Of a stretch of DNA of 64,000 bases, positions 34,195 through 44,106 are shown piece after piece (the stretch's first letter is position 1; the number at the start of each line of letters is the position of its first letter). A program made the position numbers and the translations under genes. The notes below the pieces were generated by a model that searched no databases, had not been told where the DNA came from, and saw only the letters and a program-made list of their open reading frames with translations. The DNA is taken from the NCBI GenBank assembly GCA_026707445.1, contig JAPOWV010000008.1, forward strand, positions 15,855-79,854, written 5' to 3'. Source of the stretch: Gammaproteobacteria bacterium. GTDB lineage: Bacteria > Pseudomonadota > Gammaproteobacteria > Steroidobacterales > Foliamicaceae.

Positions 34195-35148
34195 TCAGCG
34201 CGTTTCCCCGGGTGTGGCCCGCCGATCGCGGATGCGCCAATGCGAGTGGATTTCATTTTCCACACGCGCGGCGCATTGGGGATTTTCCGCGACAAGGTGG
34301 ATGATGTCCCGCTTGGCCCGCAACCAGGTCAATTGCCGCCTTCCCAGCGCCTTGGTGGCCCGGATTCCGCGCACTCTCGCCTCGTCCAGCGAAAACTGCC
34401 CGTCGAGATGCTCCAGCAACTGCCGGTAGCCGGCAATCCGCGTGGCGGGCAGGCCGGGATCGAGCTTGAGCGCATGCAAGGCCCGCGCCTCATCCAGCCA
34501 GCCCCTCTTCATCATCTCGTCGAAACGCTCCTCGATACGCCGGCGCCATGCGCCGCGGTCTTCGGGGATCAGCGCGAATTTCAGATAACCCGATGCCGCT
34601 GCTCCGGAACCGTCAAGCCAGAATTCGCTGATCGGCCGCCCCGTCAACCGCAGCACCTCCAGCGCCCGCTCGATGCGGGCGCCGTCGTTGGGCGAGATGC
34701 GGGCGGCAGCTGCGGGGTCAAGCTGCCTGAGCTGCTCATGCAGGGCTGGCCAGCCCTCCCGCCCGGCGCGCGCCTGAATCGCCTTTCGCAGCGCGGCGTC
34801 CGCCCCGGGCAAATCCGCAAGACCCTGCTCCAGGGCCCGGAAATACAGCATCGTGCCGCCTACCAGAACCGGCACTCGCCCGAGCTCCCGCGCCCGCGCG
34901 ATCTCGTTGTGGGCGTCCTCCGCAAAACGCGCGGCCGAATAGCGCTCATCCGGAGAGCACAGGTCCACCAGGCCATGCGGAGCAATGCGCCGCTCCTCCG
35001 GTCCGGGCTTGGCCGTGCCGATGTCCAGCCCCCGGTACACGCAGGCCGAATCCACGCTGATCACCCTGAGTGGCAGCCGCTTCGCCAACTCCACCACGAG
35101 CCTCGTCTTGCCCACGCAGGTGGGCCCCTTCAGCAGCACCGCCTCCAA
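34195..35148 (-). CDS. miaA: tRNA dimethylallyltransferase MiaA
   Basis: P-loop GPTCVGKT and [22 protein letters not shown] start at 35148, 11 nt after the mutL stop. Confidence 0.93.
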   Translation of the reverse strand: MEAVLLKGPTCVGKTRLVVELAKRLPLRVISVDSACVYRGLDIGTAKPGPEERRIAPHGLVDLCSPDERYSAARFAEDAHNEIARARELGRVPVLVGGTMLYFRALEQGLADLPGADAALRKAIQARAGREGWPALHEQLRQLDPAAAARISPNDGARIERALEVLRLTGRPISEFWLDGSGAAASGYLKFALIPEDRGAWRRRIEERFDEMMKRGWLDEARALHALKLDPGLPATRIAGYRQLLEHLDGQFSLDEARVRGIRATKALGRRQLTWLRAKRDIIHLVAENPQCAARVENEIHSHWRIRDRRATPGETR

Positions 35149-35159
35149 ACGTGCGTCCG

Positions 35160-36959
35160 TTACTGGCCGCGCAGGAAGATGCGGTCCAGTTCCTGGATGC
35201 GGAAGGCCCGCCAGGTCGGCCGTCCATGGTTACACTGGTCCGCGCGCGGCGTCTTCTCCATGTCGCGCAGCAGCGCGTTCATTTCCTCGAGCGTGAGCCG
35301 CCGGTTGGCCCGCACCGAGGTGTGGCAGGCCATCGTCGCGAGGATATGGTGAATACGCCCCGTGAGCTCCTCGGCCGAGTCCTCGGTCCCGGCCTCCTGC
35401 CGCGCCTGCGCTCCCGAAAGCAGGTCGCGCAGCATGGCCTCCGCGTCGCCGCCGGCCAACAGCGCCGGGACTTCCCGGACCGCCAACGTCTCCGGCCCCA
35501 CCTGGTCCACGACGAAACCCAGCCCTTTCCAGGTTTCGCGCTGCCGCTTTGCCGCGTCCATGTCCTCGCGGCCGACTCGCAGGCGGACCGGCTCCAGCAG
35601 CAGCTGCGAACCCAGACCCTGGTCGTCGAGCTGGGCCTTCATCCGCTCGTAGACCACCCGTTCGTGGGCCGCGTGAGCGTCCACGATGATCAGGCCGTCG
35701 CTGTTCTCGGCGAGGATGTAGATACCCGCCAACTGGGCCAGCGCGTATCCCAGGGGCGGCATTTCCCCCTCGGACGCCCCGGTGCGGGGTTCACGAACGG
35801 GCGCACGGGCCGGGCCGGAACCCAGGGCGAGGGGCGAGGCGCCCAGAAGCGTAGCCAGGGCACCGGTGCCGCCCGGCCCGCCGCCGATGCGCTCCGCCGG
35901 GCCGCGAAAGCTGGTCCCGCCTCGCCCGTCCTCCGGCGCCTCTTCCCGGATCGCTTCGCCGGGCCGGGTGCCCGCCAGAACGGCCTCCAGCGTGCGCCGG
36001 ACCACGTCATGAACCTTCCGCCCTTCGCGAAAGCGCACTTCGAGCTTGGCGGGATGCGCGTTGACATCCACCAGGGCGGGATCCATTTCCAGGTGCAACA
36101 GCCACGCTGGGTGACGCCCGTGAAACATCACGTCCTCATACGCCTGACGCACGGCGTGGGCCACCGTGCGATCGAAAATCCCCCGCCCGTTCAGGAACAG
36201 GTGCTGCATGTCGCCCTGGCTGCGGGAGTATTTCGGGCGCGCCAGCCACCCGCGCAGGTGCATGCCCTGTCCCTGTTCCTCGAAGTACAGGGCGTGTTCG
36301 ATGAACTGCGGTCCCAGCAGCTTCGCAATTCGCTCCTCCTCCAGCTCGCGGGTTGGCGCGGGCGGAAGGTCGTAGCTCAGGCGGCCGTCCTTTTCGTAAC
36401 GCACGCCGGTCGAGTAACGGCTCAGCGCCATTCGCAGCATCGCCCGGTCGATATGCCTCGTTTCCGTGACCGGTTTGCGCAGGAAACTGCGTCGCGCCGG
36501 CGTGTTGTAGAACAGGTCGCGCACTTCAACGGTCGTGCCCTGCGGGTGTGCCGCCGGGCGCGGTCCCGACGTGCTGCCGCCGGAACTGCTCACCGTCCAG
36601 CCGCTGCGCTCGCCGGCGACCTGCGACGTCAGGGTGAGCCTCGCCACGGCGGCAATGCTGGGCAGCGCCTCGCCGCGAAATCCCAGCGTGGCGACCGTGC
36701 GCAGGTCTTCCAGGCTGGCGATCTTGCTCGTGGCGTGGCGGGTTAGCGCCACCGACAGCTCGTCCGCGGCGATGCCCACGCCGTCATCACGAACACGGCA
36801 CAGCCGCGAACCGCCCTTCTCGATCTGCACGGCGACGCGTCGCGCGCCCGCGTCCAGGCTGTTTTCCACCAGTTCCTTGACCACCGACGCCGGACGTTCC
36901 ACGACCTCGCCCGCGGCAATCTGGTTGACCAGGTGGTCCGGCAGCAGTTGAATCGTCAT
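35160..36959 (-). CDS. mutL: DNA mismatch repair endonuclease MutL
   Basis: NQIAAGEVVERPASVVKELVENSLDAG GHKL ATPase motif. Start overlaps the recO stop (ATGA). Confidence 0.97.
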   Translation of the reverse strand: MTIQLLPDHLVNQIAAGEVVERPASVVKELVENSLDAGARRVAVQIEKGGSRLCRVRDDGVGIAADELSVALTRHATSKIASLEDLRTVATLGFRGEALPSIAAVARLTLTSQVAGERSGWTVSSSGGSTSGPRPAAHPQGTTVEVRDLFYNTPARRSFLRKPVTETRHIDRAMLRMALSRYSTGVRYEKDGRLSYDLPPAPTRELEEERIAKLLGPQFIEHALYFEEQGQGMHLRGWLARPKYSRSQGDMQHLFLNGRGIFDRTVAHAVRQAYEDVMFHGRHPAWLLHLEMDPALVDVNAHPAKLEVRFREGRKVHDVVRRTLEAVLAGTRPGEAIREEAPEDGRGGTSFRGPAERIGGGPGGTGALATLLGASPLALGSGPARAPVREPRTGASEGEMPPLGYALAQLAGIYILAENSDGLIIVDAHAAHERVVYERMKAQLDDQGLGSQLLLEPVRLRVGREDMDAAKRQRETWKGLGFVVDQVGPETLAVREVPALLAGGDAEAMLRDLLSGAQARQEAGTEDSAEELTGRIHHILATMACHTSVRANRRLTLEEMNALLRDMEKTPRADQCNHGRPTWRAFRIQELDRIFLRGQ

Positions 36960-37684
36960 CGCATGGCCGCGAACACCTTGCGCGTGTTCAGCGGCTTCCC
37001 CTCCAGGTAGAAGTCAATCGCCGTTCTCAACAGCCGGCGCGCCGCCCGCCGTATGTCCCGGCTGCCCCAGTCCCCGCGCTCGATGCCCAGAAGCTCGGCG
37101 CCGGAAAAATTCATCGCCTCACCGGTCCGCGCGCCGTTCGGCAGGGCCTCGGCGCCCTGTTCCATACGATAGCAATAGGCTGCCTCCGGGGCCAGGTCCC
37201 GGCCCTCGATGTCGTGCCGAAGGTTCAGCCCGAAGCCCAGCGAAGCCAACATGTCGAGCTCGAAGCGCCGAAGAACCGGCTCCATCGGCCCGGCCGCGCT
37301 CAAGTCGCCCAAGGCCTGCGAATAGTGGTCGAACAATTCCGGGTGAGGGTCTTCGCGCCGGGTAAGGCGCAAGACGAGTTCGTTCAGATACATCGCGGCA
37401 AGAAGCGTTTCGCCGGCCGGAGGCGCCAATGTGGAATGCTGCGGGGTGGTCTCCGCGGCGGTCAGCGTCGCGAGCTCCCCTCTGCCGGCCCAGGAAAGCA
37501 GCAGCGGCCGAAAAGGCCGCGCGGCCAGCGCCAGGGCCGAACGCGGCCTGCGACCGCCGCGCGCGACCAGGCCCATACGGCCGAATTCCCTTGAGAAGGC
37601 CTCAACGATCAGGCTCGTCTCGCGAAACGGACGGCTGTGAAGAACCCACGATTCGGCCAGTTCCACGCGCCGAACCGCATTCAT
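36956..37684 (-). CDS. recO: DNA repair protein RecO
   Basis: WVLHSRPFRETSLIVEAFSREFGR.. RecO N-terminal OB-fold pattern, positioned after era. Confidence 0.9.
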   Translation of the reverse strand: MNAVRRVELAESWVLHSRPFRETSLIVEAFSREFGRMGLVARGGRRPRSALALAARPFRPLLLSWAGRGELATLTAAETTPQHSTLAPPAGETLLAAMYLNELVLRLTRREDPHPELFDHYSQALGDLSAAGPMEPVLRRFELDMLASLGFGLNLRHDIEGRDLAPEAAYCYRMEQGAEALPNGARTGEAMNFSGAELLGIERGDWGSRDIRRAARRLLRTAIDFYLEGKPLNTRKVFAAMR

Positions 37685-38550
37685 CGACAGTACCGCGGGT
37701 TATTGAACCAGTTCTTGCGCACCCGCACCTGGGCGCGCAAATGGAACGGGCGCTTGAAAATACGCTGGAGTTCCATGCGCGCCTGTCTGCCCGCCGCCTT
37801 CAGCCGCAAGCCGCCGCGGCCGATCACGATGCCGCGCTGCGAGGCGCGGTTGACGCGCACTTCGAGTTCCGCGACCACCGCCCGGCCGCGCGTATCCAGG
37901 GACGTTACGGCGACGTCCAGGTCATACGGGACCTCGCGATGCGTATTCAGGGTCAGTTTCTCGCGCAGCATCTCGGCGATTCGAAAGCTCAGGTCGCGGT
38001 CGGTGACCGCTTCGGGCGGAAACAGCGGATCGCCCTCGGGCAGATATTCCGCCACGATCTCGCCGAGACGGTCCAGGTTGTCGCCACGCAGCGCGGAGAT
38101 CGGCACGATCTCGGCGAACTCGCCTCTTTCGGCGCATTCCTCGAGAAAGGGAAAGAGCTCTTCACGGCTCTTCAGGCGATCGATCTTGTTGACGACCAGG
38201 ATGCACGTCAGGCCCGATTTCCCGATTTCCTCCAGTACCCGGTTGTCCCCCGCCAGCCATCGGCCCGCCTCGACCATCATGAGGACAACGTCGGCGCCGG
38301 CTACCGCGCCCAACGCGGCGCGGTTCATGCTGCGCGACAGAAGCCGGCTGCCGGGCGCGTGCAGCCCCGGCGTGTCCACCAGCACGAGCTGGGATTCGTC
38401 CGCGTGGCGCACGCCGGTAATCGCGTGCCGGGTGGTCTGCGGCTTGCGCGTTTCAATGCTGACCTTTTCCTTCAGCAGGCGGTTCAGCAGCGTGGACTTG
38501 CCCACGTTGGGCCGGCCGAGAATGGGCGCCAGCCCGGCGCGGAAAGTCAT
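37681..38550 (-). CDS. era: GTPase Era
   Basis: GRPNVGKSTLLN, DTPG, NKID and a KH domain. ATG 38550 overlaps the rnc stop (ATGA). The longer ORF to 38658 is an extension. Confidence 0.95.
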   Translation of the reverse strand: MTFRAGLAPILGRPNVGKSTLLNRLLKEKVSIETRKPQTTRHAITGVRHADESQLVLVDTPGLHAPGSRLLSRSMNRAALGAVAGADVVLMMVEAGRWLAGDNRVLEEIGKSGLTCILVVNKIDRLKSREELFPFLEECAERGEFAEIVPISALRGDNLDRLGEIVAEYLPEGDPLFPPEAVTDRDLSFRIAEMLREKLTLNTHREVPYDLDVAVTSLDTRGRAVVAELEVRVNRASQRGIVIGRGGLRLKAAGRQARMELQRIFKRPFHLRAQVRVRKNWFNNPRYCR

Positions 38551-39230
38551 GGCGACTCGCCGACGGCGGCCAGCATGGACGCCGCCGCGTCGACTTCGGA
38601 CGCCTGTATCGTGCGGCCCTCGCCTTCGACGCTCAACGACAGTTCCGGCACTTTGCACACGGAACGGAAGGACGGCGCCTGGGGATCGTCGCGGGAACCG
38701 GCCAACCGGTATTCCGGCGGCTTGAATCCGCGCCCCTGCAGATACTCCTGGAGCACGCTCTTGGCGTCGCGAGGCAGGTCCGCGACGGACTTCAGCCGCC
38801 GGGCAAACAGCTTTTCGAACACGGCCGCGGCCGGCTCGATGCCGCCATCCAGCCAGACCGCAGCGAATACCGCCTCCAGCGCATCCGCCAGCATCGCTTC
38901 ATGCGCCGGTCCATCGGGCGCCAGGTCCGCGCCCTTGTAGCGCAGGCGCTTTCCAAGATCCACGTCCCTGGCGACCGAAGCCAGAGTGGCCCGCTGCACG
39001 AGGCGCTGGCGCAACTGGGTCAGTCCGCCCTCCAGGGCATCCTCGTGGCGCCTGTAGAGGTAATCCGAAGAAACCAGTTCCAGCACGGCGTCGCCGAGAT
39101 ATTCCAGGCGGCGGTTGTTACGTTCGCCGGCGCTGGGATGAGTCAGCGCCTGTCTGAGCAATTCGGGGCGGGCAAAGGCATGCCCAAGTGTTGAGCCGGC
39201 CCACCGGGAAAGCTGCCGGCCGGCGGTCAA
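38547..39230 (-). CDS. rnc: Ribonuclease III
   Basis: RNase III signature NRRLEYLGDAVLE and a C-terminal dsRBD. Confidence 0.95.
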   Translation of the reverse strand: MTAGRQLSRWAGSTLGHAFARPELLRQALTHPSAGERNNRRLEYLGDAVLELVSSDYLYRRHEDALEGGLTQLRQRLVQRATLASVARDVDLGKRLRYKGADLAPDGPAHEAMLADALEAVFAAVWLDGGIEPAAAVFEKLFARRLKSVADLPRDAKSVLQEYLQGRGFKPPEYRLAGSRDDPQAPSFRSVCKVPELSLSVEGEGRTIQASEVDAAASMLAAVGESP

Positions 39231-39997
39231 TTAATCGCGTCGCCGATGCGGCCCCATTCGGGCATGCTGCCAATCTCCCAATTGAACCAGATGCGCTCAG
39301 CGCGGCCTACAAGGCGATCCTCCGGAATATAGCCGACTCCGGGGTAGCGGCTGTCCCTGCTGTTGTCCCGGTTGTCCCCCATCACGAAATAATGCCCCGC
39401 GGGAACCCTGAACCTGCCTTCCCTGCTGATCCGCCCGGGCATTAAATGGACGTCATGGCTGGCCTGACCCAGAACCTCCACCGCCTTGCGCACGGAATAC
39501 GGCGATGCCGGGTTCAGCGGGACCGGCTCGCTCACCTCGATGGGCTCGCCGTTGATGCGAAGCCGCTTGTCCCGATACTCGATGACATCGCCCGGCAGCC
39601 CCACCATACGCTTGATGAAGTTGGCCCGCGGGTCGGAGGGCAGCTTGAACACGACCACGTCTCCGCGTTTCGGCCTTCCCAGCTCGACAACGGTGGTGTT
39701 GGTGACCGGCAAACGAAGCCCGTACGCGAACTTGTTGACGAAAATGAAGTCGCCGATTTCCAGGGTCGGCTGCATCGAGCCCGAGGGAATGCGGTAGGGC
39801 TCGTACAGGAACGAGCGAATGCAGAGCACCACCAGGAGAACCGGGAGAAAAGCCGCGGCGTATTCGAAAATCTTCGACCTGGGCGGCAGTTCTCCGCCTT
39901 CACCGGCAGCACGCCTGGCGCGCGGTGTCAGGACGAAGCGGTCGACCGCCCACAGGACCAGCGCCAGGCCCGTAATTCCAACCAGCCAGATTTCCAT
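39227..39997 (-). CDS. lepB: Signal peptidase I
   Basis: SGSMQPTL (catalytic Ser) and the GDNRDNSRDSRY box. Confidence 0.95.
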   Translation of the reverse strand: MEIWLVGITGLALVLWAVDRFVLTPRARRAAGEGGELPPRSKIFEYAAAFLPVLLVVLCIRSFLYEPYRIPSGSMQPTLEIGDFIFVNKFAYGLRLPVTNTTVVELGRPKRGDVVVFKLPSDPRANFIKRMVGLPGDVIEYRDKRLRINGEPIEVSEPVPLNPASPYSVRKAVEVLGQASHDVHLMPGRISREGRFRVPAGHYFVMGDNRDNSRDSRYPGVGYIPEDRLVGRAERIWFNWEIGSMPEWGRIGDAIN

Positions 39998-40034
39998 AGG
40001 CCCGCGATTTTACCCGTGGAGGGGGCGCGTGCCC

Positions 40035-40481
40035 CTATGGATTCCGCAGCCGAACCTGCAACAGCCGCCAGTCCCGTTCGCCGAGCATTGCCGGAGTCAG
40101 CCACACTCGCACCCTTGAATTCCTGCGCCGCCCGGCAGCGACACGGCGCAACGTAAGCCCGACCAGGCGCCGCGAAACAAAACCACGCCGGTGCAGCAAT
40201 TCGGCCTTGTCCGTTTCGCCGGTATCCAGCACCAGTCGCCAGTCGCCCGCAGGCGTGAGCCATACGGCCTCGATGCCCGGCGCAATCGCTCCTTTCCGGG
40301 CGCGGCGCCATTCAACTGCGGCTCCCGCGATGACGCTCAGGGCCGCGAGAAGACGCAGCCAGATCGGCAGGTCCGCGATCAGCACTGCGACAATGGCGAG
40401 CAGAAGCCCGCTTGCGAGCACCGGGACGGCCCAGGGCGGCCGCGCCGAGCGAATTTCAATCGTGGCGGCGAATCCGCTCAA
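40035..40481 (-). CDS. YgfX/CptA-like inner-membrane protein
   Basis: Two N-terminal TM segments and a [20 protein letters not shown]-terminus collinear with E. coli YgfX. Directly follows sdhE as in E. coli. TTG start; overlaps sdhE by 26 nt. Confidence 0.6.
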   Translation of the reverse strand: MSGFAATIEIRSARPPWAVPVLASGLLLAIVAVLIADLPIWLRLLAALSVIAGAAVEWRRARKGAIAPGIEAVWLTPAGDWRLVLDTGETDKAELLHRRGFVSRRLVGLTLRRVAAGRRRNSRVRVWLTPAMLGERDWRLLQVRLRNP

Positions 40482-40692
40482 TCACGCGCGCCTGCTGCGG
40501 TGACTCCGGCGCAAGGCGCCCGGTCAGCAGGTCCTCCAGTTCCGGATCGCTGCGCTCAAGCAGCGCTTCGAAGCCCGCACGCTCGGCAGCGTCCGCCTGC
40601 TCGTAGCGATCGCTCAGGTAGCGCTCAAGCAGCAGGTCCAGTTCCCGCCGCCCGCGCCGGCAGCGCCATCGCAGTCGGGCCGCCCGGCTCAT
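40456..40692 (-). CDS. sdhE: FAD assembly factor SdhE (YgfY)
   Basis: 78 aa, [20 protein letters not shown] contains the conserved RGxxE motif. Confidence 0.85.
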   Translation of the reverse strand: MSRAARLRWRCRRGRRELDLLLERYLSDRYEQADAAERAGFEALLERSDPELEDLLTGRLAPESPQQARVIERIRRHD

Positions 40693-40702
40693 GAGCAGTC
40701 CG

Positions 40703-41500
40703 TCAGGCGCGGCGCTCCAATAGCCTTTTCTTGGTCTCCGCGATGGCCCGCGCGGGGTTGAGGTCCTTGGGGCAGGCCTCGGTGCAATTCATGATCGTGT
40801 GGCAGCGGTACAGCTTGAACGGATCTTCGAGCTGGTCCAGCCGCTCGCCGGCGGCCTCGTCACGGCTGTCCTCCAGCCAGCGATAAGCGGCCAGAAGCGC
40901 GGCCGGGCCCAGGTAACGGTCGCCGTTCCACCAATAGCTGGGGCAGCTCGTCGAACAGCAGGCGCAGAGAATGCAGGCGGCGGGCGTGTTGATCTTCTCC
41001 TGGTCGTCGCGCGATTGAAGCCGCTCGCGGTCCGGCGGCGGAGGCGTCCTGGTCTTGAGCCACGGTTCCACCGACGCGTACTGGGCGTAGAAATGGGTCA
41101 GGTCCGGGACCAGGTCCTTGACCACCGGCAGATGCGGCAGCGGATAGACCGCCACGTCCCCCTTGAGATCGCTGACCGCCTGGGTGCATGCCAGGGTGTT
41201 GATTCCATTGATGTTCATGGCGCAGGAACCGCAGATGCCCTCGCGGCAGGAGCGGCGGAAGGTCAGCGTGGAATCGACTTCGTCCTTGATGTGGATCAGC
41301 GCGTCCAGCACCATCGGGGCGCAGTTGTTCATGTCCACGTCGTAGCTGTCCACCCGCGGGTTCCCGCCCGAGTCCGGATCGTAGCGGTAGACCTTGAAGC
41401 GGCGAATACGGCGTTCGCCGTTGGCCGCGGAGTCCTCGGGCATTGCGTAATGCCGTCCGCGCTTGACTCGGGAGTTCTTGGGCAGCAGGAATTGCGCCAT
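40703..41500 (-). CDS. sdhB: Succinate dehydrogenase iron-sulfur subunit
   Basis: Three Cys clusters ([15 protein letters not shown]; [16 protein letters not shown]; [13 protein letters not shown]). Confidence 0.97.
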   Translation of the reverse strand: MAQFLLPKNSRVKRGRHYAMPEDSAANGERRIRRFKVYRYDPDSGGNPRVDSYDVDMNNCAPMVLDALIHIKDEVDSTLTFRRSCREGICGSCAMNINGINTLACTQAVSDLKGDVAVYPLPHLPVVKDLVPDLTHFYAQYASVEPWLKTRTPPPPDRERLQSRDDQEKINTPAACILCACCSTSCPSYWWNGDRYLGPAALLAAYRWLEDSRDEAAGERLDQLEDPFKLYRCHTIMNCTEACPKDLNPARAIAETKKRLLERRA

Positions 41501-41548
41501 GCGGAGATCCTGTGTGGTTCAGACAGCCGGCAGCGCCGGACTCCGGAA

Positions 41549-41557
41549 ATGTTAGCA
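41549..41557 (-). promoter_or_regulatory. Putative extended -10 element (TGcTAACAT) upstream of sdhB
   Basis: Minus strand TGCTAACAT about 48 nt upstream of ATG 41500. No convincing -35. Sequence match only. Confidence 0.3.
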
Positions 41558-41654
41558 AAATCCGGCGGCGGCTGCCTTGAATCGTACTGCTACACTCGTT
41601 CGAACAGCCGCGAGCGCGGCGACCGGCCGCGCTTTCCGTTACGGGAGGTTCCCC

Positions 41655-43226
41655 ATGCGCTCCGATTCAATATTTCCTGCAACGCTCATCCTTGTAACCG
41701 GACTTGCCCTGGCCGCCTGCCAGGCGGATTCCGAAGCGCCTGCCGTCCAGGCCGACGCGGACCAATACCTGGCCATCGACTGGCACGACGGGACCGTGGA
41801 GGAGGCCTTCGCCGAGGCCGAGCGTTCGGCCAAGCCGTTGTTTCTCTATTGGGGCGCAGTCTGGTGCCCGCCCTGCAACCTGATGAAGAGCACTCTCTTC
41901 CAGCAGCCGGAATTCATCGCCAGAACGCGCGATTTCGTGGCCGTTTACCTGGACGGCGACACGCAGCGCGCCCAGGTCTGGGGCGAGAAGCACGATGCGG
42001 TGGGTTATCCGACGCTCATCGTGTTCGATCCCGCCGGACGCCAGATGACCCGCCTGCCCAGCACCTTGACGCCGGAATCCTTCATGGCGGCCCTGGACGA
42101 CGCCTCTTCCGGCCTGGCGCCGGTGACCGAACTGGTGCAGGTTGCGCTGAACGGAGAACGGGAGCTCACGGCCGCCGAGTATCGCCGGCTCGCTTACCAC
42201 TCCTGGTACGAAGACCGCCGGACGCTGGCGCCGGAACAATACCAGGCGCTGTTCGACCGGCTTGCCGGGCAGACCCCCGAGGGCGACCCCGAGTTGATGC
42301 GGCGCGTTCAGGCGCTGCGGCTCTCCGAGGCGCTGGGCGCCTCCGAACCGGAAGTGGACTCCGGTCATTACGCCGAATTGATGAGCCTGTTGCAGGCTGA
42401 CGAGCACAAGCTCGACAACCTCATGATGTTCTCCGACAGGCTGTCCGCCGCCTTTGCCGCGCTGGCGACCGGGCCCGCGCAGCGCGAAGAACTCCGGGGC
42501 GCTCTGGCCGGGGCGATCGAATCGGTCCTTGCCAGTCCCACCGGCAGCAAGTCCGCGCCTGTCTTTTCTCTGGGACTGCTGCTGGAGCTGGAGCGTATCG
42601 ATGACGCCGAGGCCCCCCCTTCGCCGGAACTGCTCGCGCGCATAGCAGCCGCGGCCGAGCAGGCCGATGCAGCCGCCGAGACCCAGCAGGAACGCCAGAG
42701 CCTGATCTTCTACAGCTACAGCCTGCTGCGCGACGCCGGGGAGCTTGAGCGGGCGCGGATGCTGCTGGAGAAGGAACTGGAGATTTCAGAAGAGCCCTAC
42801 TACTTCATGTCGCCCCTGGCCTCGCTGAGCTTCGAGGTCGGCGACGTGGAGGGCGGACTGCGCTGGATGGGCCGCTATTACCACGAGGCGCGCGGTCCGG
42901 CCACGCGCTTCCAGCATGGAGCGACCTACGTCCGCACGCTGACCGAGTGGACCCCGGAAAATACCGAAGCCATCATCGCCGCGTCGCAAGAAGTGCTGGC
43001 CGAGATGCACGGGCAGCCCGACGCGCTGGCAAACCGCAACCTGCGTTCCTTCGGCTGGTTGGTCGACGCGCTCCAGGCATGGCGAGACGAGCACCATGCA
43101 GGCATGTCACTGGCCGCCCTGGACAGCGGCATCGCTCAAATCTGCGCGGAGCACGCGAGCGGAGATTCCGCCGGCGCCTGCACCGCTATGCAGCAGCGCC
43201 TGAGCGACTCGACGCCGGGCATGTAG
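41655..43226 (+). CDS. Thioredoxin-fold lipoprotein with a long helical C-terminal domain
   Basis: Lipobox LALAAC. Trx-like module KPLFLYWGAVWCPPCNLMK..GYPTLIVFD, then ~370 aa rich in A/L/E. GGGAGG SD precedes ATG 41655. Confidence 0.7.
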   Translation: MRSDSIFPATLILVTGLALAACQADSEAPAVQADADQYLAIDWHDGTVEEAFAEAERSAKPLFLYWGAVWCPPCNLMKSTLFQQPEFIARTRDFVAVYLDGDTQRAQVWGEKHDAVGYPTLIVFDPAGRQMTRLPSTLTPESFMAALDDASSGLAPVTELVQVALNGERELTAAEYRRLAYHSWYEDRRTLAPEQYQALFDRLAGQTPEGDPELMRRVQALRLSEALGASEPEVDSGHYAELMSLLQADEHKLDNLMMFSDRLSAAFAALATGPAQREELRGALAGAIESVLASPTGSKSAPVFSLGLLLELERIDDAEAPPSPELLARIAAAAEQADAAAETQQERQSLIFYSYSLLRDAGELERARMLLEKELEISEEPYYFMSPLASLSFEVGDVEGGLRWMGRYYHEARGPATRFQHGATYVRTLTEWTPENTEAIIAASQEVLAEMHGQPDALANRNLRSFGWLVDALQAWRDEHHAGMSLAALDSGIAQICAEHASGDSAGACTAMQQRLSDSTPGM

Positions 43227-43241
43227 GAAAACCAGCCGCGA

Positions 43242-44063
43242 TCAGGGGCCGTCCAACAGTCCCGGGGGTTCGGACGCTTCTTCCGGCGGGCTTCCGTCCG
43301 GCATTTCCGGACGCTCGATGTCCTGAATCGTGATGCTGGATATGTTGCCCGTAGCCGGGTCCAGGCGGACCTCGCCGGTTATGAGCACATCCTTCAGCAT
43401 GTTGGCCACGACCGCTTCCTTGCGCTCCTCGTCCACCAGGCATTCGATCGGCTCACCGTCAACGGGATGGATCCGGCACCGGGCTTCCTTGCCGGTGAAG
43501 TCGACCATGAGCAGGCGGCCCTCGATCTTGCGGATATTGACGTTGGGCCGCGTCAAACGCTCGCGTATGCGCTCCAGCGCGTCCGCGTCCAGTGCCGATC
43601 GGACAACTCCCGAACTGTCGTTCAATGTGAATTCGATGGTCTGGACACCCTGACCCAGCAACACGCCGGCATCCCGCCATGCCCTGAGCACGCCGGGATC
43701 GATTCCATTCGGCAACGCCTCGGCGGGGTCGCTGCTGCCGATCTCGCGCAAGCCGCCGATCGCGCTTTGCATTACCTTGAGGCCGAAATCCATCTCCGGA
43801 AAGGACGTGTTCTCCAGGCGGCGCTCCAGCCCGAGGCTTGCCGAATCGCCTTCACCGTCAAACGTAACCAGTTCGAACTCCAGTTCCGACTTCAGGTCCT
43901 GAGGCGGCTGACCCGGACGGACGCTCCTGGCCTCGCCACGCAAGACCCGCCCGGTCCGCTGCACCACCTTGCGCCAACTGTCCAGGAAATTCGCAAGGTG
44001 GGCCACCGGCAGCCTGCCACGCTCTATCGCCGGACCCCGAAAACGTATCTCCAGCAGTCGCAT
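43242..44063 (-). CDS. Hypothetical protein, no recognisable domain
   Basis: 273 aa from ATG 44063 (the ORF extends to 44249 but would overlap the divergent gene). Amino-acid composition looks protein-like. It contains several rare ATA Ile codons, unlike its neighbours. Confidence 0.55.
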   Translation of the reverse strand: MRLLEIRFRGPAIERGRLPVAHLANFLDSWRKVVQRTGRVLRGEARSVRPGQPPQDLKSELEFELVTFDGEGDSASLGLERRLENTSFPEMDFGLKVMQSAIGGLREIGSSDPAEALPNGIDPGVLRAWRDAGVLLGQGVQTIEFTLNDSSGVVRSALDADALERIRERLTRPNVNIRKIEGRLLMVDFTGKEARCRIHPVDGEPIECLVDEERKEAVVANMLKDVLITGEVRLDPATGNISSITIQDIERPEMPDGSPPEEASEPPGLLDGP

Positions 44064-44106
44064 CCGGCTAGTATAGGGCGGTATCGTCGAACCGCAGGGG
44101 GAACGC

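Noticed and set aside
40035-40692. sdhE-ygfX as a CptB/CptA toxin-antitoxin pair.
   Set aside because: The pair sits directly after sdhB in a housekeeping context. SdhE has the conserved RGxxE flavinylation motif. Nothing in the sequence argues for a mobile or defence role.
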